Origin: Desulfobulbus propionicus DSM 2032
Lineage (GTDB): Bacteria; Desulfobacterota; Desulfobulbia; Desulfobulbales; Desulfobulbaceae
Length of the DNA: 32,000 nucleotides
Direction of reading: 5' to 3'
Assembly (NCBI RefSeq): GCF_000186885.1
Contig: NC_014972.1
Span: forward strand, 1,830,001 to 1,862,000
Below, one piece after another: positions 9,094 to 19,000 of the stretch. Numbering within the stretch: the first letter of the stretch is position 1; every line of letters starts with the position of its first letter. The notes under the pieces are model-generated. The model ran no database searches. It was not told the DNA's origin and saw nothing but the letters and a program-made list of their open reading frames with translations. The position numbers and the translations under genes were made by a program.

Positions 9094-10344
9094 ATGTCGC
9101 AATCCGCACCCAAGGGCCTCCGCCTCCATATCGGCCTCTTTGGCCGCCGCAATGTCGGCAAGTCGAGTCTGCTCAACGCCATTACCCGCCAGCAGGTGGC
9201 CATCGTCTCCAACGTGGCCGGTACCACCACTGATCCGGTGGAAAAGCCGATGGAGCTGCTGCCGCTCGGGCCGGTGCTGTTCATCGATACCGCCGGCGTG
9301 GACGATGTCGGCGCGCTGGGCGAGATGCGCATCGCCCGCACCCGCGCGGTGTTCGACCGCACCGACCTGGGCATCCTCGTCGCGGCCGGCGGCGAGTGGG
9401 GCTCATTTGAAACCGAGTTGCTCGCCGCCCTGACCGCGCGCCAGGTCCCGGTGCTGGTGGTGATGAACAAGCTCGATCAGGGCCGCGCCAGCGACACCCT
9501 GACGGCCGAGCTGGCTGCCAAAAAGATCCCGCTGGTGCATACCGCCGCCCTCAACGGCGAGGGCATCGCCGAATTGAAACAGGCCATTGTCGCCCAGACC
9601 CCGGCCGATTTCCTCACCAGTCCGGCCATCATCTCCGATCTGGTCGGCCCCGGGGAGTTGGCGGTACTGGTGGTACCGATCGACAAGGAAGCGCCCAAGG
9701 GACGGCTGATCCTGCCCCAGGTACAGACCATCCGTGACCTGCTCGACGGCGATGCCATGAGCCTGGTGGTCAAGGAACGCGAACTGCGTCATGCCCTGGA
9801 CCAGCTCACATCGCCCCCCAAGTTGGTGGTGACCGACTCGCAGGCCTTTCTCAAGGTGGCCGCCGACGTGCCGCCCGAGGTCAAGCTGACCAGCTTCTCC
9901 ATCCTTTTTTCCCGCTGCAAGGGCGATCTGCTCACCCAGGTGGAAGGGGCCCTGGCCATTGACCGGTTGCAGCCCGGCGACCGGGTGCTGATGGCCGAGG
10001 CCTGCGCCCATCATCCCATCGGCGAGGATATCGGCCGGGTCAAGATTCCCCGTTGGCTGACCCAGTATGTCGGCGGCCAACTCGCGTTCACCCATGTCCA
10101 GGGCCATGATTTCCCGCCCGATCTGCACGAATACCAGTTGGTGATCCAGTGCGGCTCCTGCATGCTCAACCGTCGCGAGGTGCTCAGCCGCATCCTTCGC
10201 TGCCGCGAGGCCGGCGTGCCGATCACCAACTACGGTTTGGCGATTTCCTACAGCCTGGGCATCTTCACCCGAGCCCTGAGCCCCTTTCCCGCGGCCCTGG
10301 AACTCCTGCACAGTGCGGATCAGGGACGGTGCGAAGGGCGATGA
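9094..10344 (+). CDS. hydF: [FeFe] hydrogenase H-cluster maturation GTPase HydF
   Basis: GTPase P-loop GRRNVGKSS, DTAG, NKLD; C-terminal CAHHPIGEDIGRVKIPRWL and QCGSCMLNRREV cluster ligand motifs. Confidence 0.94.
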   Translation: MSQSAPKGLRLHIGLFGRRNVGKSSLLNAITRQQVAIVSNVAGTTTDPVEKPMELLPLGPVLFIDTAGVDDVGALGEMRIARTRAVFDRTDLGILVAAGGEWGSFETELLAALTARQVPVLVVMNKLDQGRASDTLTAELAAKKIPLVHTAALNGEGIAELKQAIVAQTPADFLTSPAIISDLVGPGELAVLVVPIDKEAPKGRLILPQVQTIRDLLDGDAMSLVVKERELRHALDQLTSPPKLVVTDSQAFLKVAADVPPEVKLTSFSILFSRCKGDLLTQVEGALAIDRLQPGDRVLMAEACAHHPIGEDIGRVKIPRWLTQYVGGQLAFTHVQGHDFPPDLHEYQLVIQCGSCMLNRREVLSRILRCREAGVPITNYGLAISYSLGIFTRALSPFPAALELLHSADQGRCEGR

Positions 10345-11660
10345 CCATGGATCGCAAAGAAATTCTTCATTGGTTGCGCTGCGACGACCCGAAGGAACTG
10401 GAGCAGCTGTGGCGCCTGGCCGACCGGGCCCGGCAACAGCACGTGGGCGAGGCCGTGCACCTGCGCGGCCTGGTCGAGATCTCCAACTACTGCGCCCGTT
10501 CCTGCCACTATTGCGGGTTGCGCGCCCCCAACCGTCAGGTCAGCCGCTACCGCTTGAGCGCCGAGGAGATCCTCGACTGCGCCGATCAGGCGGTCCGGCT
10601 CGGGTATGGCACCCTGGTGCTGCAGTCGGGCGAGGACGACCGCATCGAGGCCGAGTGGCTGGCCAGCCTGCTGCGGCACATCAAGGCCACCACGCCGCTG
10701 GCCCTGACGCTGAGCCTGGGCGAGCGGAGCGAGGACGACCTGCGCATCTGGCGGGAGGCCGGGGCTGATCGCTACCTGCTGCGCTTTGAAACCTCGGACC
10801 GCGCCCTCTACCGGGCCATCCACCCGGACCGGGGCGCCCGGGTGTCGGATCGGCTGGCCCTCCTCCGCCAGTTGAAGAGCCTGGGCTATGAGACCGGCAG
10901 CGGCGTCATGGTGGGGATTCCAGGGCAGAGTTATGCAATCCTGGCCGACGATATCCTCTTGTTTCGCGAGCTCGATCTCGACATGATCGGCATCGGCCCC
11001 TTTATCGCCCATCCGGATACACCCCTGGGGCAGGCCGCCTCGCCCCTGCCCGGTGAGACGCAGGTGCCGCCCTCCATCGGCATGACCTGCAAGGCCGTGG
11101 CCCTGGCCCGGATCCTGCGGCCGGACGCCAACATTCCGGCCACCACCGCGGTGGCGGTCATGGATGCCTGGCAGGGGAGGGAACTGGCCCTGCGCTGCGG
11201 GGCCAACGTGATCATGCCCAACCTGACGCCGGCCCGGTTTCGCGAACACTACACCATCTATCCGGGCAAGGCGGACCGGATCGAGGCGGCCGAGCAGAGC
11301 GATCAACAGATTCGCAGCCAGATCAAGGCCATGGGCCGTGGCATCGGTTCGGGTCAGGGCGGACGGAAAAGTGGAACCCAAACGGAACCGGCCGCGCCCG
11401 CCACCCTGCGCATCGCCGTGTGCATGGGCAGCTCCTGTTTCTCCCGGGGCAACAACAGCCAGGCGATCGACACCCTGCGCCACTGTGTCGAGGATGCCGG
11501 GTTGGTGCCGGACATCTCCGGCCATCTGTGCGAAAACCTCTGCACCCAGGGGCCGAACATCACCATCGGCGAGACGATCTACTCCAACGTGCAGCCGTCC
11601 TGTTTCCCCGAACTGCTCAAACACCACCTCGCCAGCACCAAGGAGGGACGCGATGGATAG
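10341..11660 (+). CDS. hydE: [FeFe] hydrogenase maturase HydE (radical SAM) fused to C-terminal thioredoxin-like [2Fe-2S] domain
   Basis: Radical SAM motif CARSCHYCGLRAPN, HydE-like GVMVGIPGQ and IGIGPFIAHPDTPL; extra C-terminal domain LRIAVCMGSSCFSRGN...GHLCENLCTQGPNITIGETIY. Confidence 0.93.
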   Translation: MTMDRKEILHWLRCDDPKELEQLWRLADRARQQHVGEAVHLRGLVEISNYCARSCHYCGLRAPNRQVSRYRLSAEEILDCADQAVRLGYGTLVLQSGEDDRIEAEWLASLLRHIKATTPLALTLSLGERSEDDLRIWREAGADRYLLRFETSDRALYRAIHPDRGARVSDRLALLRQLKSLGYETGSGVMVGIPGQSYAILADDILLFRELDLDMIGIGPFIAHPDTPLGQAASPLPGETQVPPSIGMTCKAVALARILRPDANIPATTAVAVMDAWQGRELALRCGANVIMPNLTPARFREHYTIYPGKADRIEAAEQSDQQIRSQIKAMGRGIGSGQGGRKSGTQTEPAAPATLRIAVCMGSSCFSRGNNSQAIDTLRHCVEDAGLVPDISGHLCENLCTQGPNITIGETIYSNVQPSCFPELLKHHLASTKEGRDG

Positions 11661-13392
11661 ACGCTCGCCCATCTATACCGAGAAACACGAGTGCCAGGAC
11701 TGCTATAAGTGCGTTCGCCAATGCCCGGTCAAGGCCATCCGGGTGCAGGATGCCTATGCCACCATTGTCGACGAGATGTGCGTGTACTGCGGCATTTGTG
11801 TCTCCATCTGCCCCAACACCGCCAAGCATGTGCGCAACGATTTGCCCCGGGCCCGCCAACTGGTCAAGCTGCCGCCCCGGGTGCTGGTCTCGCTCGCCCC
11901 CTCGTGGATCACCGAATTCCCCAACATCGAGGCCGGTCAGCTGATCGCCGCCCTCAAACGGCTCGGCTTTGCCGCTGTCTCCGAGACCGCACTCGGCGCC
12001 CAGCAGGTCAGCGCCCATGTGGCCGAGACGCTGCGCGAACAGCCGGGCCAGATCCTGCTCAGCTCGGCCTGCCCGACCGTGGTGGCCTATATTCAGAAGC
12101 ACCGGCCGCAGCTGGCCGGGGCCGTCACCGCGCTCCTCTCGCCCCTGCTGGCCCACTGCCGCATGCTCAAGCGCCACTATGGCGAAGAGAGCGCCATTGT
12201 TTTCATCGGCCCCTGCATCGCCAAGAAACTTGAGGCCGACGAACACCCGGACCTGCTCGATATCGCCCTGACCTTCGAGGATTTGCGCATCTGGATGGCG
12301 GCGGAGCGGATCGATCCCCGCGCCCTGACCCCGGCGACCGACGACCGGTTCGAGCCCCAGGCCGCCGAGGAGGGTGTGCTCTATCCGGTGGATGGCGGCA
12401 TGATCGCCGGCATCCGCGCCCACTGCAGCGTTGATGACGGTGCGTTCATGAGTTTTTCCGGCTTGGCGGCGGTGGAGAACGCCCTCGACGGGCTGGAGGA
12501 TCTGGACCCGATGCAGGGGTTGTTTCTGGAGTTGTTGGCCTGCGAGGGCGGCTGCATCAACGGCCCCAAGGTCACCCGGCCGGGCAGCACCGTGACCAAG
12601 CGGCAGCGGGTGCTGGCCCATGCCCGCTTCCCGGAGACGCAACCCGTGCCCCGACCGCCGGAGCTCGATATCCGCCGGTCTATCATGCCCCGGCCGCTCA
12701 GCCAGCCCACGCCCACCGAGACCCGCATCTCGGAAGTCCTGCGATCCATCGGCAAGCGCTCGATCGAGGACGAACTCAACTGCGGCGGTTGCGGCTACGA
12801 CTCCTGCCGCGAATTCGGCAAGGCCCTGATCGCCCAGCGGGCCGAGCGGGCCATGTGCGTCTCCTGGATGCGGCAGCTGGCCTTCAAGAAGGCCAACGTG
12901 CTCATCCACAAGATGCCCTCGGCCGTGGTGATCGTCGATGGCGACCTGCGGGTGCTGGAATGCAACGCCGCCTTTGTGGCCATCATCAACCACCTGCGTC
13001 CGGTGTCGCTGCCGGCGGAACTGGAGGGAACGTCGGTGGCCGAGCTGCTGCCCTTCCATAACCTCTTTGCCAGCGTGCTCAAGAACGACATGGATATCCT
13101 CGACCGGGATATCCGTTTCCTCGATACCATCCTCCACCTGTCCATCTTCACCATCGACCCGCACGCAGTGGTCGGCGCCATCCTCCAGGACATCACCCGA
13201 CCGGCGGTACAGAAGGAGCAGGTGATCCGGCGGGCCCGCGAGGTCATCCAGAAAAACCTGGCCACGGTGCAGAAGATCGCCTACCTGCTGGGCGAAAACG
13301 CGGCCGAATCCGAGGTCACCCTCAACAGCATCATCGAGTCGTTTTCGCCGGCCAAGATCGAAGGCGACGAGGGAGGCAGCCTTGGCGACTGA
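11657..13392 (+). CDS. Putative sensory [FeFe] hydrogenase-like protein (group C type) with 2x[4Fe-4S], H-domain, extra 4Fe-4S motif and PAS domain
   Basis: CQDCYKCVRQCPVKA..CVYCGICVSICP; degenerate H-cluster motifs SSACPTV, GPCIAKKLEAD, ELLACEGGCINGP; ELNCGGCGYDSC; PAS-like MPSAVVIVDGDLRVLECNAAF. Confidence 0.9.
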
Positions 13393-14563
13393 GACGGCCT
13401 TCATCGACGTCGACCATGCCCTGCGCTGCAAGCATCGCCAGTCGATCTGCGGTGATGTCTTTCTCAGTCATCGGATCAAGGAAGAGGGGCGGATCCTGGC
13501 GGTGCTTTCCGACGGCCTCGGTTCCGGGGTCAAGGCCTCGGTGTTGGCCAACCTCACCGCCGCCATGGCGCTCAAGTTCGCCTCCACCTGCACCGATCCC
13601 CGGGCGTGGGCGCGGTCGATCATGGATACCCTGCCGATCTGCGAGGTGCGCAAGATCAGTTACTCCACCTTCACCCTGATCGATCTCGACGAGAGCGGCG
13701 CCCTGCGCTTCATCGAACACGGCAACCCGCCGCTGGTGCTGCTGCGCGGCACGAGCGAGGTGGAGCTGCACCGGTCGCTGATCACCCTTGATCGGTGGAA
13801 GGATCGCCTGATCTATCACGGCCGGCTGCAACTGGCCATCGGCGACCGATTGCTCTGTTTTTCCGACGGCGTCACCCAATCGGGCATGGGACAACGGACC
13901 ATGCCGCTCGGCTGGACCCGGGAGGAGGCGGTGGCCTGCGCCCAGGAGCTGATCCGTGCCGATGCGGATATCTCCTCGCGGCGGCTGACCGCGGCGCTGA
14001 TGGAGCGGGCCCTGACCAACGACAGCGGCTGCGCCCGCGACGACACCAGCTGCGCGGTGATCCATTTCCGGGTGCCACGGCAGCTGTTGATCATGACCGG
14101 GCCGCCCTTTGCGCCGCAACGCGATTTCGAACTGGCACGGGCCGCCTCGACCTTTCCCGGCAAAAAGATCATCTGCGGCGGCACCACCGCGACCATCATC
14201 GGCCGCATTCTCCGCCGGCCGATCAGCGTCGATCTCACCCAGGCCGATACCGGCATGCCGCCGCCGGCGCGGATGGAGGGCATTGACCTGATCACCGAGG
14301 GGGCCTTGACCCTGGCCCACGTGGCCCAACTGCTGGCCACGGGCGTCACCGTCGAACGGCTGCCGAACAATCCGGCCGGGGACATCGTCCGTCTCATGTT
14401 CGGCAGCGATCTCATTCACTTTATCGTCGGCACCCGGATCAACGAGGCCCATCAGGACCCCAACACCCCGCAGGAACTCGATCTGCGCCGCAACATCGTC
14501 CGCCGCATCGTCTCGCTTCTTGAGGAAAAGTACCTCAACACCACGTCGGTCCGCTTTCTCTGA
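13382..14563 (+). CDS. SpoIIE/PP2C-type serine/threonine phosphatase
   Basis: VLSDGLGSGVKASVLANL, FIEHGNPPLVLLR, GDRLLCFSDGVTQSG, RDDTSCAVI PPM-fold motifs; TTG start with GAGGGAGG RBS overlapping upstream stop. Confidence 0.85.
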   Translation: MATETAFIDVDHALRCKHRQSICGDVFLSHRIKEEGRILAVLSDGLGSGVKASVLANLTAAMALKFASTCTDPRAWARSIMDTLPICEVRKISYSTFTLIDLDESGALRFIEHGNPPLVLLRGTSEVELHRSLITLDRWKDRLIYHGRLQLAIGDRLLCFSDGVTQSGMGQRTMPLGWTREEAVACAQELIRADADISSRRLTAALMERALTNDSGCARDDTSCAVIHFRVPRQLLIMTGPPFAPQRDFELARAASTFPGKKIICGGTTATIIGRILRRPISVDLTQADTGMPPPARMEGIDLITEGALTLAHVAQLLATGVTVERLPNNPAGDIVRLMFGSDLIHFIVGTRINEAHQDPNTPQELDLRRNIVRRIVSLLEEKYLNTTSVRFL

Positions 14564-14586
14564 CCCCTTTGGGGGAGGAGAGCGGC

Positions 14587-15513
14587 TCAGCGGCGCACTT
14601 CGACGGGATTGGAGAGAACCAGGTCGAGCATCTGGGGAAAGGGTTTGTTGCAGAAGGTCAGCTGGAGGGTGTATCGACCGCCGGACAGATCCGGCGGCAG
14701 GGTGGCGGTGAGGAAGCGGGAGGCCTTGCGGTTCTTGATCGGTACACAGTCGGTGCCGTTACTTTGGTCGAGGCTGACGGTGGCCACCGGCGGATGCGGA
14801 CTGCCGGCCCGGAAGATCTGAACCGTCGGCCGCACTCCGAAATCAAAGGTGCTGACACTGGACAACGACAGTCGCACCTTTTCTCCCGGCCTGTAACGGT
14901 CAAAATCGGTGGCCAGGTGGAGGTGGCGGTTGTAATCCGGCTCCGGGGAACGGGTACCCGAGGTCGCCGCCTCCCAAAAGCGCGGCCGGCCGGCGTCGAA
15001 ATGGACGGTCTTGCCGCCGTAATGACCGATGCCGCCGCAGTTTTTTTGCCGGATCGTTTCCCACAGCTGTTTCCCGTCCACCCCCTCCAGCCAGAAATCG
15101 AGTGCCAGACCGTCCATGTGGGTGCTGGTCCGGGCGGCATTGTTGCCCTGGGCGCGGATTTGGTCGTTGTATTCGGGGCTGCGGTAGGCGGATTCGATGT
15201 TGATCGTCTTGCCCGGCGCCATGCGCTCGGCAAAGTAGCTGAGCATGAACAGCATTCGCGGCGAGATGTGTTCGCCCTTCTCCTCGGTGGGGAAGCCGAA
15301 CACCCAATCCACGGTGGCGAAATCACGTTCGTTGAACGATCCGTCCGGGTTGAGCAGGTGCACCCTGGCCTCGCGGTCGTTGCGCAGGTTCTTGAGGTGC
15401 ATGGAACCGCTGCCCATGAGGAAGAAGCGTTCCGAGGGCTGGGTGGCAGTGCTGTCTGTCGCCTGAAACAACAGAAAAACAGTGTAAAGAAAAATAAAGA
15501 TAATGTGTTGCAT
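14587..15513 (-). CDS. Exported YcbK/DUF882-like peptidase M15 family protein
   Basis: Start MQHIIFIFLYTVFLLFQ (signal-like); SAYRSPEYNDQIRAQG..STHMDGLALDFW...GKTVHFDAG metallopeptidase pattern. Confidence 0.82.
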   Translation of the reverse strand: MQHIIFIFLYTVFLLFQATDSTATQPSERFFLMGSGSMHLKNLRNDREARVHLLNPDGSFNERDFATVDWVFGFPTEEKGEHISPRMLFMLSYFAERMAPGKTINIESAYRSPEYNDQIRAQGNNAARTSTHMDGLALDFWLEGVDGKQLWETIRQKNCGGIGHYGGKTVHFDAGRPRFWEAATSGTRSPEPDYNRHLHLATDFDRYRPGEKVRLSLSSVSTFDFGVRPTVQIFRAGSPHPPVATVSLDQSNGTDCVPIKNRKASRFLTATLPPDLSGGRYTLQLTFCNKPFPQMLDLVLSNPVEVRR

Positions 15514-15599
15514 GAGATTGGTCGGGCGTTGGTGCGGTGGCCGTGTTCGCTGGCGGGAAGAATCCGTTTGCCTGCTGGTCGATGGGTGCTGCCCCCTTG

Positions 15600-15893
15600 T
15601 CAGGCGGGCAGATTTTCCACCACCACCCCTTTCAGCCGTATTCCCTTGACCAGATTGTCGCGGGTGTTTTGTTTGCTCTTGATCTGTAGCTGCAGCCAAG
15701 ATCGCCATTCCTCCCGCTGCTGGGCCCGGGGCGAACCCGGTTCCAGGGGCGGACTGCTTTCCAGCTGCACGCGGACCTGCTGGATCTCCTCGGTCAGCCG
15801 GTCATACTGCTCCTGAAAAAAAGCCAGATCGCGGATGGTCTGGTAATCGATGGTAATGCTCTGATTGGTGATCTGTTTGGGGTCGTCGGTCAT
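15600..15893 (-). CDS. Hypothetical protein (97 aa, N-terminal coiled-coil-like)
   Basis: Complete ORF with GAGGTG RBS-like sequence upstream; sits in line between neighbouring minus strand genes. Confidence 0.6.
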   Translation of the reverse strand: MTDDPKQITNQSITIDYQTIRDLAFFQEQYDRLTEEIQQVRVQLESSPPLEPGSPRAQQREEWRSWLQLQIKSKQNTRDNLVKGIRLKGVVVENLPA

Positions 15894-16011
15894 GCGCGTT
15901 CACCTCGCTGTGATGTCGATTGGGATGCGCCAACAACTGTAGGAGAAGAAACGAAAAAAGGCAACCGGCGTTTACTCTTCCCCTCGATTCACCTGTTTTT
16001 CCCTGGCAAGA

Positions 16012-19000
16012 CTACTCCACCCTGCGGCAGACATTTTCCACTTCCCGCCATTTCTGCGCCAGTCGCTGTTCCGAGACCGGCTGGGCCGTGCCCAGTTCCG
16101 GGGCAAAGATCGACACTCGAAATTCCTCCAGCAACTCCACATATTCCTGCTGACAGACCCGGCAGGGCAGGGTGGGGCTGTTGAAGTGGCGCATCTGCTC
16201 CAGCCAGGCGAGCGGTTTGCGCAGCCGCTCGGCCTTTTTCTCGTCTTTGAGCGGCGAGTGCTCGGCCCGTTCGATACGCAGGGCCAGGGCCTGGAGGTAG
16301 CGCGGCTTGTGCCGCAGCTGTTCGGGCCGGAGGGTGTTGAGAAAATGCTCAGGCACGATCTGCTCCAGGGCGGCGAGATACTCTTGCTGCCGCTCGGGCT
16401 GAAAACTGCGGTTGGCCCGCGCCCGGCCGGCCCACTCCCTGATTCGGCTGTGCACCATGCGCCGCTGCTGCAGGGTGGCATGGACCTGGTCGAGCAGGGC
16501 GGTGGCAATGCGCACCACCCCCGACGCCACCGCCTGCTCCAGGGCGGCCTGGAACTGCGCCCGGCTGGGCAGTTGCCCCTCGTCAGTGGCAAAGACCGCG
16601 TCGAGGAGAAAGGCCTGGAGCGCGGCGCGCAGTTCGCTCGCCGAGGTCTTGGCCCCCAGGCTCAACCAGGAAGCGGAGTGGCTGGTGAGTGACCCCTTGC
16701 ACAGCTTGCGCAGGGCGGTGATCTCCTTGGCGCAGTGGAGGCCATAGAGAAACTGCAGGCCGAGCCGATTGAGCCGCCGGCTCTGGGATTCGCTGTCGAT
16801 ATAGTGGAGCGAGACCGTGTTGCGGACTTCATCGACCGTGAGTGTCGGGAAGTAGAGCCCCACCACCCGGCCGCTCGCATCGGTGAGCGGCAATCTGGCC
16901 TCGATCTGGTCGAGGTCGTCGACCGTGATAGCCCGTGGCGGCGGCAGGGCCTGGCAACTGCGGGAGGCGGGGCCGGCTTGGGCCCGATCGAACTGGAGCA
17001 GCTCGTCAAAGACCCGGCTGGTCACGAGCTGCTCTCCCTGATCATCAACGAGGACAAAACGCATGCGCAGATGGGGCGGCAGGGTGTCGGCCTGCCAGTC
17101 GCTGCGCTGCACCGTCACCTGATAGCCTCTCAGGATGGCGCGTTCCAGCTCCTGGTAGAGCGACCCTTTGTACAGGGACAGGCTGTCCATGAGCCGGTCG
17201 ACCGCATCCGGCAACGGCACCAGGCGGCGGCGCAGCTGCTTGGGCAGCCGCCGGCAGAGCAGTAGCAGTTTTTCCGGCAGCAGGCCGGGGACCAGCCATT
17301 CGAATAGTTGCGGGTTGAGATGGCCGAGCAGGGTGCGGGGGATGCGCACCGTGACTCCGTCGGCCGGATCGCCGGGGGCAAAGAGGTAGCGCAGTTCCAG
17401 CTCGAACTCACCGGCCCGCAGCGTGGCCGGGAACCGGTACAACTCCTCGCTATCGGGCACGGCCAGACAGATGTCCTCCTCGCGCATGCGCAGGAATGCA
17501 TCGTTTTTTTTGCTCCGCAACAACCGGTTGAGGGTGAAGCGGTCGTAGACCTTGCCCAGGCGGGCATCGTAGAATTGGTAGAGCACCTCGTCGTCGACCA
17601 CGATGTCGCGACGGCGGAACCGTTCCTCCATCTCCTGAAACCCGGCCACCAGGGCCACGTTGTGGTCGAGAAAGGGGTACTGGCCACCCAGCTGGTTGCC
17701 GATCAGGGCCGAGCGGATGAAGATGTCACGCGCCTCCAGCAGTGTCTTGTCGTTGATCCGGCCGTACTCGATTTTGCGGCCGGCGACGATGGTCAGGCCA
17801 AAGAGGCTGACCCGCTCCAGGGCCAGCACCTTGCCGCTGCGTTTCTCCCAGTGCGGCTCCGACCAGGAACGTTTGCACAGCGTGCCGCCCAACCGTTCCA
17901 GCCAGTCGACCTCGATCTCGGCCACGGTGCGGGCGAACAGCTGGGTCGTTTCCACGAACTCGGCGGCCACGGCCCACTGCGGCCCCTTGTTGTACAGGCC
18001 GGAGCCGGGAAAGAGGACCACCTCGCGGTTGCCGCTGCTGAGGTAGATGTTTTTCTCTTTTTTCAAGCAGATGTTGCGCAAAAAACCGCTGGCTAGGGCG
18101 ATATGGATGGCCTCGAAGCCGGCGGGCTGTTCATTGACGCGCACCCCCTTGTGTTCCCGCAGCAGGCGGCTGATCTGTTCGTGCACGTCCATCCATTCGC
18201 GCATCCGCTGCCAGGAAAGAAAATGGGCCTTGCAGAAGCGCGACAGCCGCGATTTGGAAGGGGCTTCCCCGCCGGGCACAAAAAAACTGTTCCAGATATT
18301 GAGCAGGGTGAGGAAGTCGGACTTTTTATCGACGAACTGGCGATGAACCTCGTCGGCCTTGTGCTCCTTGTCCGGCGGCCGCACGCGCGGGTCCTGGATG
18401 GACAGGGCCGCGGCCAGGATGGTGATTTCGCGCACCGAACCAAGGGCCATGCTCTCGATGATGATCCGCGAGATGCGCGGATCGAGCGGCAGCCGGGCCA
18501 TGAGCCGGCCGTTGGCCGTGAGGCGGTGCTCGCCGACCGTGGCTCCCAACTCCTTGAGCAGACGGTACCCCTCGCGGATGGCGGTGGATGGCGGGGCGTC
18601 GACAAAGGGAAAGCGGGCCGGGTCGCCCAGTTTGAGGCTGATCATCTGCAGGATGACCTCGGCCAGGTTGGCGCGCTGGATCTCCGGCAGGGTGAAGGGT
18701 TCGCGGGCGAGGAAGTCCTCCTCGCTGTAGAGACGGATGCAGGTGCCGGGCCCGGTGCGGCCGCAGCGGCCCCGGCGCTGCTCACAGCTCGCCCGGGAAA
18801 TGCGGCTGACCTTGAGGCTGGTGGTGCCGGTGCGCGGATTGTAACGGGCAATGCGCGCCAGCCCGGTGTCGACCACGAAGCGGATACCCGGCACGGTGAC
18901 CGAAGTCTCGGCCACATTAGTGGCGACGATGATCTTGCGGTGGGGCGAGGGCCGGAAGATCTTGCGCTGATCGGCGGCGGGCAGGCGGCCGAACAACGGC

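Noticed and set aside
10320-11672. 450-aa ORF antisense to hydE
   Set aside because: Shadow ORF; sense strand has radical SAM motif and overlap with neighbours.
11617-13431. 604-aa ORF antisense to the sensory hydrogenase
   Set aside because: GC-rich shadow ORF; no recognisable motifs; the sense strand has clear Fe-S and PAS motifs.
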